Under the pieces are notes generated by a model. That model was not told where the DNA came from and ran no database searches. It saw nothing but the letters and a program-made list of their open reading frames with translations. From Desulfatiglandales bacterium (GTDB taxonomy: Bacteria; Desulfobacterota; DSM-4660; Desulfatiglandales; HGW-15), in contig CAXXJJ010000004.1 of the NCBI GenBank assembly GCA_963667015.2, forward strand, positions 896,001 to 960,000: a stretch of DNA of 64,000 nucleotides, written 5' to 3'. Shown in pieces: positions 29,649 through 38,586 of the stretch. Each line of letters begins with the position of its first letter. Position 1 is the stretch's first letter. The position numbers and the translations under genes are program-made.

Positions 29649-31163
29649 TTAATGCACCGCACAGGCTATGCACGGGTCAAAGGATCTGACAACCCTTGTA
29701 GCCTCAATCGGGTTTTTGTGGTCTTTAATCTCCGTGCCGATAAGAGCCTGTTCAACCGGGCCCGGAATATCCCTGTCATCACGTGGAGAACAGTTCCAGG
29801 TAGTCGGAACAACACACTGATAATTTTCTATTTTATGCCCCTTTATATTTATCCAGTGACCAAGTGCGCCCCTTGGCGCTTCGGTTAACCCAACACCCCT
29901 TCCTGATTCCGGGATTTCAAAATCGGTAAATGAAGGTTTGTCAGGTATAAGCTGTTCAATCCATTGTGCGCACCTGTCTGCAATTATTTTTGCCTCAAGT
30001 GCCCTTGCAGCATGCCTTCCCATTGTGGATATCAATGCGTCAGGACCGGCGTCAAACTTTTTAAGAAGATTATCTATAAGGGTATTGAGATCTTTATTAT
30101 TTTTTCTATTGTAGGCGACAAGCATCCTGGCAAGGGGCCCTACCTCCATGACCTCTCTGTTATAGCGAGGTGCCTTAAGCCAGGTATATGCATTTTTCTT
30201 CCCGGGGAATGGAACAGTGGCTCCATTCTGGGGTTTAAGTCCCGAAGGATTGGAGTAGAGTGAATATTTTACATCCTCATAAATCAAGTCAGGATTGCAT
30301 TCTGAAAGTTTGCCCTGAGTCAAAACTCCCGAAGGGAAACAGGTATCCTGAGATTTATTCGATTCAGGAAACACCCCATAGGCAAGGAAGTTTCCGCATC
30401 CTTTGCCCGTGGAAAAATAGTCCGGAAAGCTGGACGCCACCTCAATAACATCAGGGATATATGCATTTTCAATAAAGACAGACAGTTTCTTTAATATATC
30501 CCTGCAGGTGGCAATTTTTCTGGCGGTTATTTTTTCCGTGACTCCTCCAGGAACCAGGGTTGTGGAATGGGGAAGCTTGGCGCCGAAAACAGCGCCCATT
30601 TTATGAGCCATGGCTCTCATTTCAATCGCCTCCAGGTAATGCTTTATGGCCAGTATGTTCAGCTCATTATTTTCTATATAGGTGCTGTCGAACCTGGGCA
30701 GAAATGGTGCTGCCGGAAAAATGGTCTTTGAGGAAATCTGCGACTCGACCCATGCCTTAAGGGCCTTGAGCATCGGGTCATTGCCTCTATAGGATGTAAC
30801 TGCTGCTATGTCCACAAAGTCGAGCGCTGAGAGCTGATAAAAATGGATTAGGTGTGACTGTATATAGTTTGCGGCAAGTATTATATTGCGGGCCAGTCTG
30901 CCGTTTTCAGGGGGTCTTATTCCATAGGCCATATCCTGGGCAAGTATGGAGGCAGTACCGTGGGAGATCGGACATACACCGCATATTCTCTGTGTAATCT
31001 GCTGTGCATCAAGGGGGTCACGCCCCTTTAGTATTATTTCAAAACCCCTGAACATTTCACCGGAACTGCGGGCATAAATCACCCTGCCGTCCTCTACCTT
31101 AATGTTGATTGCCAGATGTCCTTCTATTCGGGTTATTGGATCTATATCTATTGTTTTGGACAT
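29649..31163 (-). CDS. [NiFe] hydrogenase large subunit ending at the L2 His
   Basis: DPITRIEGH, RGFE, RICGVC (L1), EAPRGALGHW, DPCIACAVH followed directly by TAA. Confidence 0.95.
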   Translation of the reverse strand: MSKTIDIDPITRIEGHLAINIKVEDGRVIYARSSGEMFRGFEIILKGRDPLDAQQITQRICGVCPISHGTASILAQDMAYGIRPPENGRLARNIILAANYIQSHLIHFYQLSALDFVDIAAVTSYRGNDPMLKALKAWVESQISSKTIFPAAPFLPRFDSTYIENNELNILAIKHYLEAIEMRAMAHKMGAVFGAKLPHSTTLVPGGVTEKITARKIATCRDILKKLSVFIENAYIPDVIEVASSFPDYFSTGKGCGNFLAYGVFPESNKSQDTCFPSGVLTQGKLSECNPDLIYEDVKYSLYSNPSGLKPQNGATVPFPGKKNAYTWLKAPRYNREVMEVGPLARMLVAYNRKNNKDLNTLIDNLLKKFDAGPDALISTMGRHAARALEAKIIADRCAQWIEQLIPDKPSFTDFEIPESGRGVGLTEAPRGALGHWINIKGHKIENYQCVVPTTWNCSPRDDRDIPGPVEQALIGTEIKDHKNPIEATRVVRSFDPCIACAVH

Positions 31164-31667
31164 GTAGATGCTCCGCTATATTTTTAAACTGTATCTAGAG
31201 TGTCTAAAGGGAGGATAATGTTTTTTATGGAAAAAAAAACAGGGGCACCCATCCTCCCCTGAGCCTGAATAGTCCTGCTCAAAATAAAAATAATATTCTT
31301 GTTAGGTCAATGCAATTTATGTACCTATGTTGCCCGATAGTATAAGAAAATACTTTATTTACAGGAATACAGTCCCAATTTATTTTTTAAGGCCCATCTA
31401 TTTGATAACAAGGCATTTTCTTGTCTCAGTTTCAATGTTTATGGAAATTAATTTATTGAAGGTATATTTAATTAGGAGAGAATGACTTGACTTTATTATT
31501 GAGATGGATTTTTGAATAAAATAAACTTAAATTTTTGACGCTCATGTCAAATTTTATACAAGGGTACCAGGTCTTCATTCCTGACATAAACCTGTATATA
31601 CTTTTGTTTATGATCAGCAAAAAATGAAGACCTGCCCCTTTCAGTTTTTCTCCTCTGATTTTTGGTG

Positions 31668-33263
31668 CTACTGTCCGCTGTTTTCCCCGGCCTGTTCCCT
31701 GCGCCATTTATAGTAGGCATCATAAGCCTTCAGTTTTTCCAGGTTCGGAATCGGTTTTGCGACAGCCGTATTATCAAAATAGAGTACCTTCTGATTCTCC
31801 TCGGTAAAGTTGGGCCATTCCGGCAGATCGGGTCCGTTCGGATCTCCGGTTCTGGCAAAATTGATCCAGTATGCCTGAATCATATCGGAAAGTGCCAGAT
31901 CTTCCGGTCGGGGTTCGCCGCCCTGCCTTCCCATATTCCCGAAGACATATGAAACCTCGTCCGCATGATTTGCTCCATCCGGAGATCTCGGAGTCCGATG
32001 GTCATAATAATAGACAAACGCCTTGCCATCTCCCATGCGTGATTGAAGCCTGGCCCAGGCCCAGGTCGGCCACGCAAAGGCGAATTCGCGGAAAACATCG
32101 GCCGATGCACGGGCCGCTTCCTCATCGGTTGAATGAGGGTAGGCATCCAGAATTATATCCGCCATCTCTCCATAACCGGATCGAAGCTGCTGTTCGAACT
32201 GTTCCGGGGCGGAAGGGCCCCTCATGAATAATCCGCCTTCATTGGAATTGGTGCCTGCCAAAATCGGTGTGTCGTTGAACCGGCCTTTTTCATATAGTTC
32301 GTAAGGATCTCCCGGAATCACATATCCATCAGCAACCGGCCAGAAACTGGCACCTCCGCCCATTCCTCCTCCGGTGGCTTTCTGGATCTCTTCGGCCGGC
32401 AGAGCCCGCGCAGCTTTGATACTATCTACACCGAGTTTTTTAAGAAAACCCTCTCCCTCCGATTCCGCGAGGGTCAGCGCCGGGACATTCATTCCTGCCC
32501 CTTCTACGATCCTCGGCGGGGCAAAAGAACCGCCGCTTTCGGAAATTGCTCGCTGGAAAAGCCCTTTAGCGGGCGGCGCGGCAGCCAGCATACCCACTGC
32601 AATACCTCCCGCAGATTCGCCAAAGATAGTTACGCGCGACGGATCGCCTCCAAACCGGTCTATATTGTCCTTTACCCACTCAAGACCGGCTATCATATCC
32701 TGAAGTCCATAAGTACCCGATCCCTTCCCACTTTCTGCACTAAGTTCCGGGTGTGCCATGAATCCGAAAACGCCAAGCCGGTAGGCAACACTAACAAGGA
32801 CTACCCCTTTTTCGGCAAATTTTGTACCGTCAAACATGGGGGTCCCGGTCATTCCTCCTACGAATGCTCCGCCATGAATCCATACCATTACTGGCCGCTT
32901 TTCATCGACCTTTTCAGCTCCGGTCCAGACATTAAGATAAAGGCAGTCCTCGCCGAAATTCGCAGGTGCACCCGTCATCGCGGCCATGCTCGAATCCTGC
33001 ATGCATCCCCGTGCGTATGTATCCGCACTTCTGACGCCAGTCCATGCCTCCGGAGACTGGGGAGATTTCCAGCGCAGATCGCCGACCGGAGGAGCCGCAA
33101 AGGGAATTCCCTTGTATGAAAGGATACCATCCTGCTCTACACCCTCGATAGTGCCTTCGGTCACCTTGACGGTTGTAGTCAGAGGTGGTGAACTGCATGC
33201 AAGGGTAAATAAGACAGAAACCATTAATACAATAAGACAGCTTGAATATTTAGATAGCATCAC
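31668..33263 (-). CDS. Carboxylesterase type B (lipoprotein)
   Basis: KGIPFAAPPVGDLRW, EDCLYLNVW, WIHGG, FGESAG; lipobox-like LAC. Confidence 0.92.
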   Translation of the reverse strand: MMLSKYSSCLIVLMVSVLFTLACSSPPLTTTVKVTEGTIEGVEQDGILSYKGIPFAAPPVGDLRWKSPQSPEAWTGVRSADTYARGCMQDSSMAAMTGAPANFGEDCLYLNVWTGAEKVDEKRPVMVWIHGGAFVGGMTGTPMFDGTKFAEKGVVLVSVAYRLGVFGFMAHPELSAESGKGSGTYGLQDMIAGLEWVKDNIDRFGGDPSRVTIFGESAGGIAVGMLAAAPPAKGLFQRAISESGGSFAPPRIVEGAGMNVPALTLAESEGEGFLKKLGVDSIKAARALPAEEIQKATGGGMGGGASFWPVADGYVIPGDPYELYEKGRFNDTPILAGTNSNEGGLFMRGPSAPEQFEQQLRSGYGEMADIILDAYPHSTDEEAARASADVFREFAFAWPTWAWARLQSRMGDGKAFVYYYDHRTPRSPDGANHADEVSYVFGNMGRQGGEPRPEDLALSDMIQAYWINFARTGDPNGPDLPEWPNFTEENQKVLYFDNTAVAKPIPNLEKLKAYDAYYKWRREQAGENSGQ

Positions 33264-33548
33264 TTCTCCTTATGATATAAAAGTTTCGCGCATGAACCAG
33301 CCGCTAATTTGATTTGATTTTTTGATAAGAAGTCCCTTTTTATGAAGTGAAGTATATGGAGTCAGAAATTGTATGTCAATAAGGAATCACCCGCCATATT
33401 GTTGAAATTATAAAATTTATTTTTGACCATGGAGGGAGATTACAGGATTGTCCCTGTTTTTACACATTGTCGGGTTTGTGTCGTTATCGTCCTGGATAGA
33501 CTATGATATATTGTGGTTTCAATAAATTTCCTGATGAGGTAAATTAGC

Positions 33549-34100
33549 GTGATAAAGAAGATGCGAATTTCTAAAGGTTGGTCGCAAGAGCAGTTAGCGC
33601 AGTTTAGCGGGCTAAGTGTCAGAACAATTCAGCGTATTGAGCGCGGGCATAATGCAGGATTAGAGTCTTTAAAGTGTCTTGCTGCGGTTTTTGAATTGGA
33701 CGTATCAATCCTGCAAAAAGAGAAATTTTCAGGGAATGAGCTTTTTTGGGGCGCTAACCCGATTTTACCGGTAACTGACGCTCATGAGACAGCCAGGTTT
33801 TATAAGGAGAAATTGGGATTCGAAATAGAAACTGTCTGGAACAATCCTCCTTATGCTGTTGTTGCCAGAGACCAGACAATTATTGAATTCGGCGAAAGAA
33901 GTAACAACCTTTCCGGTACAGGTGTTTGTGTAATTTTTGTAAGCGATGTGGATATTGTATATAAAGAATATTCAGACAGGCATATCGAGTTTCTTGGGGA
34001 TATAGCGGATCGGGAGTACGGCAGTCGTGATTTTCGTATAAAAGATAATAATGGCAATGTACTGATATTCAGCAGTCCGCTGATAAAGCAGCAGGAGTAA
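33549..34100 (+). CDS. XRE-type HTH fused to a VOC/glyoxalase domain
   Basis: WSQEQLAQFSGLSVRTIQRIE, then PILPV.D....FY..KLGF...YGSRDFRIKDNNGN.L.F. Confidence 0.8.
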   Translation: MIKKMRISKGWSQEQLAQFSGLSVRTIQRIERGHNAGLESLKCLAAVFELDVSILQKEKFSGNELFWGANPILPVTDAHETARFYKEKLGFEIETVWNNPPYAVVARDQTIIEFGERSNNLSGTGVCVIFVSDVDIVYKEYSDRHIEFLGDIADREYGSRDFRIKDNNGNVLIFSSPLIKQQE

Positions 34101-34190
34101 AACAAAGCAGCAAACACTGTCTAAAAAATCCTGTTCTGCATTCATATTAATTGTCTATCCAACTGGTGGACACTTTAACTGGAGGAAAAG

Positions 34191-34370
34191 ATGTTTGGCC
34201 TTGGGCATATGGAACTAATAATTATCCTTGTGATTGTCTTGGTTATATTTGGGGCTGGCAAGCTTCCTGAAATAGGCAGCGGAATCGGGAAAGGTATAAG
34301 AAATTTTAAAAATGCAACACATGATCAGCCTGAAGAGATTTCCTGCAAGAAAGAAGATAAAAAAGCGTAA
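34191..34370 (+). CDS. tatA: Twin-arginine translocase subunit TatA/E (59 aa; below the ORF-track cutoff)
   Basis: [48 protein letters not shown]. Confidence 0.92.
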   Translation: MFGLGHMELIIILVIVLVIFGAGKLPEIGSGIGKGIRNFKNATHDQPEEISCKKEDKKA

Positions 34371-34392
34371 AGCAATAATATAAACGATTAAA

Positions 34393-34590
34393 TTCAATTT
34401 AATGCTGATGGCGATTCCTATATTGATTTTATACGAGGTCGGGATACTGGCATCGCGGTTTACTGCCAATAGAAAAGGGGAAAAAGATTCAATTAATGGA
34501 TCAGATCTGCTTCTGGCTCTTATCAGTATTCCTCTTATCCGCCAGATTATTACAGGATTTAAAAAAGAGTTAAACCAGGGACATTCATAA
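34393..34590 (+). pseudogene. tatC: Remnant of tatC (last helix only)
   Basis: FNLMLMAIPILILYEVGILASRF matches the TatC final helix pattern; in-frame stop just upstream. Confidence 0.6.
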
Positions 34591-34601
34591 ACTTTTTTCA
34601 A

Positions 34602-34805
34602 TTATTTTTGCACTGTTTCCAGGATACTTTTGATTAATGAGGATATAATACATATTCCACCTGCTATTACTACTCCAACTCCTGCATATTTACGGCTATC
34701 GTTTATAAAATTGAGCATATGCCTTACAATGTATATACAGCCTGCACTTACTGCACAAATTGCAAGTATCAGTAATATCAATTTAAAGGCTTTCTTTAGG
34801 TTCAT
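34602..34805 (-). CDS. Small two-TM membrane protein
   Basis: Two hydrophobic segments; AGGAG RBS; follows the MFS gene. Confidence 0.55.
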   Translation of the reverse strand: MNLKKAFKLILLILAICAVSAGCIYIVRHMLNFINDSRKYAGVGVVIAGGICIISSLIKSILETVQK

Positions 34806-34823
34806 GTTTTTATTCTCCTCTTT

Positions 34824-36179
34824 TTATTTTTCAGCCTCTTTCAATTGATTTGCTTCCATTATTTTTTCTACCTTATCGTCTGTGAGTGAATAAAAGCTCA
34901 TTGCAGATACAGCTATAACTCCGCAGACAATCGGTATATAGCAGATCATATTCATCAGGCTATTTATGAATTGATCTGTAACCTGCATATTAGGGTAATA
35001 ACCAATTATTTTTAATCCAAAGACCGCCACCGGTGTTGCCAGGGAAATTCCTATGACTGGAGATATTTTATGCACAGACATTATATAGGAAGTAACATCC
35101 TTGCCTGTTTTATAAAAGCCGAATTCAGATATATCCATATACATTGCCTGACGCATGAGTGTTAGAAGCCCTGTTAAAATTCCTCCGACATAAAGAATAC
35201 CTTTAAAAGTATAGGGGGATGATTCTCCGAATATACGCAGGAAAATAAGACACAGGACACTCAGCGAAATCAGAAACAGGTAAACTTTTTTCTTTCCAGA
35301 TTTTATTATTATGTAAGGTGCAGTCAGATAACCTATAAGTCCAATAAAAGCCAGCGCAGAAATTAGAAAATATACTTTGGCATCAGCAGCGCCAACATAC
35401 TTGTAATAATAGACAGCAAGTGCTGTAACAAAGGCTGAACCGAAGAATACCATACAGTCTGCAGCCATAAGGATCAAAAGCTGGCTGTTCCTGAATATCT
35501 GGGTAAACATATCCGCTATTGACATTTTTTTCGATGGACTGTTTATCTCAGGATCGTATTTCTCATAATCCCTGGTTTGATGAAAAAGGTTCCAGTATCC
35601 AAGGATTGGAACCACTGCCAGAATCAGCGCGGTATAAAAATATCCCCATTTACTATATCCAGCACCAAAATGTGTTAATAAAGGAATTATTGCTACAGAG
35701 AATATAACCTGGCCAACAATACCAAACTGGGTATTTCTCGCAGAAAGCCATAACCTTTCCGTTGCGTTTTTAGAAATGGAAATAAAACTCAGATGAGCTG
35801 TGAATAAGAGATTAAGACATAGATGAGCCAGTGCATAAGTAATAACTATCCAGGCAATTTTCATGCTGTAACTCATGGGCAGGTATGTAAACATGAGTAT
35901 GATAAACAGGCAGACTAATGCAGGCATAAATGAAAACCATGACCTGTAATGTCCCCAGCGCATCTGGATATTTTGTATTATTATACCTGATAATGGTATT
36001 GAAACAATATTGACAATCAGGTTGATAGACATAATAACAACCAGATGTCTCGAAGATATCATAAGCACATCTGTAAGGAAAAACGAATAATAGCTTGTCA
36101 ATAAGGTTATAATCAGTATGACTGAAAGATTTGCAAGACCATAACTGTAGATAACTTTTTGCGGCAGTCTGTTGTCCAT
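34824..36179 (-). CDS. MFS transporter, GPH/MelB-like sugar-cation symporter family
   Basis: SYGL, FFLTDV, RWGHYRSW, D..EFG.YKTGK, Y.LTD.K; ~12 TM segments. Confidence 0.8.
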   Translation of the reverse strand: MDNRLPQKVIYSYGLANLSVILIITLLTSYYSFFLTDVLMISSRHLVVIMSINLIVNIVSIPLSGIIIQNIQMRWGHYRSWFSFMPALVCLFIILMFTYLPMSYSMKIAWIVITYALAHLCLNLLFTAHLSFISISKNATERLWLSARNTQFGIVGQVIFSVAIIPLLTHFGAGYSKWGYFYTALILAVVPILGYWNLFHQTRDYEKYDPEINSPSKKMSIADMFTQIFRNSQLLILMAADCMVFFGSAFVTALAVYYYKYVGAADAKVYFLISALAFIGLIGYLTAPYIIIKSGKKKVYLFLISLSVLCLIFLRIFGESSPYTFKGILYVGGILTGLLTLMRQAMYMDISEFGFYKTGKDVTSYIMSVHKISPVIGISLATPVAVFGLKIIGYYPNMQVTDQFINSLMNMICYIPIVCGVIAVSAMSFYSLTDDKVEKIMEANQLKEAEK

Positions 36180-36250
36180 TTTAGTTGTCTCCTGTTAATC
36201 AGGATTTAGCAGCTTTTTTCCTTACTCACCATTACAGGCGCTATAAAGTA

Positions 36251-36266
36251 TGTAGCGGTCGCTACA
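36251..36266. promoter_or_regulatory. Palindromic operator candidate
   Basis: TGTAGCG-GT-CGCTACA about 70 bp upstream of the MFS gene. Confidence 0.5.
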
Positions 36267-36761
36267 AAAGGTAATAAAAAAGCAACATACCAGATACAGA
36301 AAAGTATTTCCCAATTATTTGTAATAATTTCTATTTTGAATACTACAATTAAGGAATGGTGAAAATAGCTGAAATCATTATCTTTTCCATATACAAATGG
36401 AATGTTTTATGAAAACATCAAATTTTTATCTTTTCTTTGATAAAATTAATTTGGTCTGATATTATTAATTATTAAAACAGATATTCAAAGATCAGGACCT
36501 GATACGATAAAACTATCTGCGGCACATTAATTTGCAGTTCATACCACGAAATTTCTAGCATAAAACAGCCATTTTATTCATTACGTCGGTTTTATTTGCG
36601 GCATATACTTTCGTACATATATCTGTCATTCCTTTGTCAAACCAGGCACGCTGATAAATAGTATGGAATCTACTCCTGTATAATCATACTTCCTCATGAT
36701 TATAGCAGGTTCTCAAAAGACTTTGATAATAGCGTTATAACCTTTAAAAAGGAGATAAATC

Positions 36762-38567
36762 ATGTCTTTTATAATTCGCGGAAATATTAGTGAGGAAATT
36801 GATTACAAGACCTGGACCTTCAGGACAGAAGCAGACCGGGAAAACCCCTTTATGACCCAGGTGTTTAATGATCTTAAAGAGCAGGGATCCATCCTTGAAC
36901 TGTTTAAGGTATATAAAGATGTATTAGACAGAAGTTCAGATAACGATGACCCGGTATATGCAAAGCTGGCTGCTTTGTTTGATGCGGCCAAGACACCTGA
37001 GGTTATGCAGGGACATTATTACGGCATCACTCTGGGGGTGCGCGCAGGCAATATGCCTGAATCCATGGCCCAGTATGGAAATGTTCTGGGTTTGATATGG
37101 GGAAGTACACTATCCAATGAGTGCCCGTGGGTGGGAAAAAGTCTGTCGCCCATAGAATCTTCTAATATAAAAGCGATTACAGGTCAGGACACTGCATCTC
37201 AACCAATCATGCTGGGCATTAACCATTTTAACCGTATTCACACACGCGTTCTAAATCCAGTGGCTTTTCAGTTTCTCAATTCGTGGATGGACCTGCATCC
37301 AGCTCCTCAGGAAGAACAGGATGCATACAACTGGGAGAAAAACGGCGCCTATTTTACAGGGAATCACGCGTCATCAGTCAATCCTAAATCTCCCCGTCCG
37401 GTGTTTCAACTGAATTATCGATACAAACCGCTGGCGAACCGGGTGCCCAATTGCTGGCTGATTGATGAATTGGTTGAGATCTCCCCTGGTCTTTTTCTGG
37501 GGCAACTTTGCTATGCAACACGCAAACTGCTGAATGATTATGACCCTGAGAGACCGGCCCAATATTATCAGTATCAGAATTTTGGTTATTTTCTATTGCT
37601 TGACAAATACTGGCATAGTGAAGCACGAAGACTTTTTCCATATCTGGAGATTCCGCCTGATGCACCCGGTATGAAGGTTCCAAAAATAACTGAAACCCTG
37701 CTCCAGCCAGGATTCAATACCTTTACCTTTCAGGAACCGCCTTTGCCCATTTGTAATGATGAGCTGTTGAAACAGACAAGGGCGGAGGCAGGACAATATC
37801 CAACTATCCTTCATTATATGAAAAACTGTTCTCTATCACTGCAGGATAAAATGTCTAACGATTCTCCTTACTTTTCACAGTTAGGAGAGCTGTTTAACCG
37901 GGGCATTACCCCTGAAACAATGGATGGTTTCTACCACGGAGCATTAGTGGGCTGGCATTCGGAAGGGATCTTTGACCTGTTTGGTGCCAACACCATTAAC
38001 ATGATGAATACCCATATCGGCGCTCCATTTTCAACCTGGACAGGTAAACGTTTTGATCCAATAGCCACGGAACGTCTGAAAGAGATTACCGATGGATATG
38101 AAACAGGGCAGCTGCCAACTGTATGGGGCTCAAATACCCAGGCCCTTCGCACCCTGAAGGAGCGCTTTGTAGGCCGCATGATGAACCTGGCAAATATCCG
38201 ATCCGAAGAGGCGACACAGGAAGAGAAAATCAAGCTGGGCTATGATCTGAAAAATTTCTTCTTCATTGCACATAAGGCACAATCTGTCTATTCCCAGAGT
38301 GTCGGGAAAGAGGTATTTCAATTTAACTATCGCTGGCCAAAACTGGAAACCATTATTCCCGATTGTTACTGCATTGATGAAATGGTGCAAATAGCTCAGG
38401 GCCTGTTTCTCGGAAGGCTCATGTATGCCACAAATGTTGTTGAACCATACGATCCATACAAAGATCCGTCAGTCTATGAATACGGGATGTTTGGTTATTT
38501 CCTGCTGATGGACAGGAAATGGCAGCAGATCAGATTGTCCATAGGGTATGACCTTCATAACGTTTAA
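36762..38567 (+). CDS. Hypothetical protein made of two internal repeats
   Basis: Both halves carry W.GK...PI, FQ.NYR, IDE.V.I..GLFLG.L.YAT, YDP, FGYFLL.D. Confidence 0.8.
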   Translation: MSFIIRGNISEEIDYKTWTFRTEADRENPFMTQVFNDLKEQGSILELFKVYKDVLDRSSDNDDPVYAKLAALFDAAKTPEVMQGHYYGITLGVRAGNMPESMAQYGNVLGLIWGSTLSNECPWVGKSLSPIESSNIKAITGQDTASQPIMLGINHFNRIHTRVLNPVAFQFLNSWMDLHPAPQEEQDAYNWEKNGAYFTGNHASSVNPKSPRPVFQLNYRYKPLANRVPNCWLIDELVEISPGLFLGQLCYATRKLLNDYDPERPAQYYQYQNFGYFLLLDKYWHSEARRLFPYLEIPPDAPGMKVPKITETLLQPGFNTFTFQEPPLPICNDELLKQTRAEAGQYPTILHYMKNCSLSLQDKMSNDSPYFSQLGELFNRGITPETMDGFYHGALVGWHSEGIFDLFGANTINMMNTHIGAPFSTWTGKRFDPIATERLKEITDGYETGQLPTVWGSNTQALRTLKERFVGRMMNLANIRSEEATQEEKIKLGYDLKNFFFIAHKAQSVYSQSVGKEVFQFNYRWPKLETIIPDCYCIDEMVQIAQGLFLGRLMYATNVVEPYDPYKDPSVYEYGMFGYFLLMDRKWQQIRLSIGYDLHNV

Positions 38568-38586
38568 TTTGTAAGAGAGGTGATAT

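Noticed and set aside
29649..29680. NiFeSe hydrogenase (Sec recoding)
   Set aside because: The L2 codon is TGC (Cys) and the stop is TAA.
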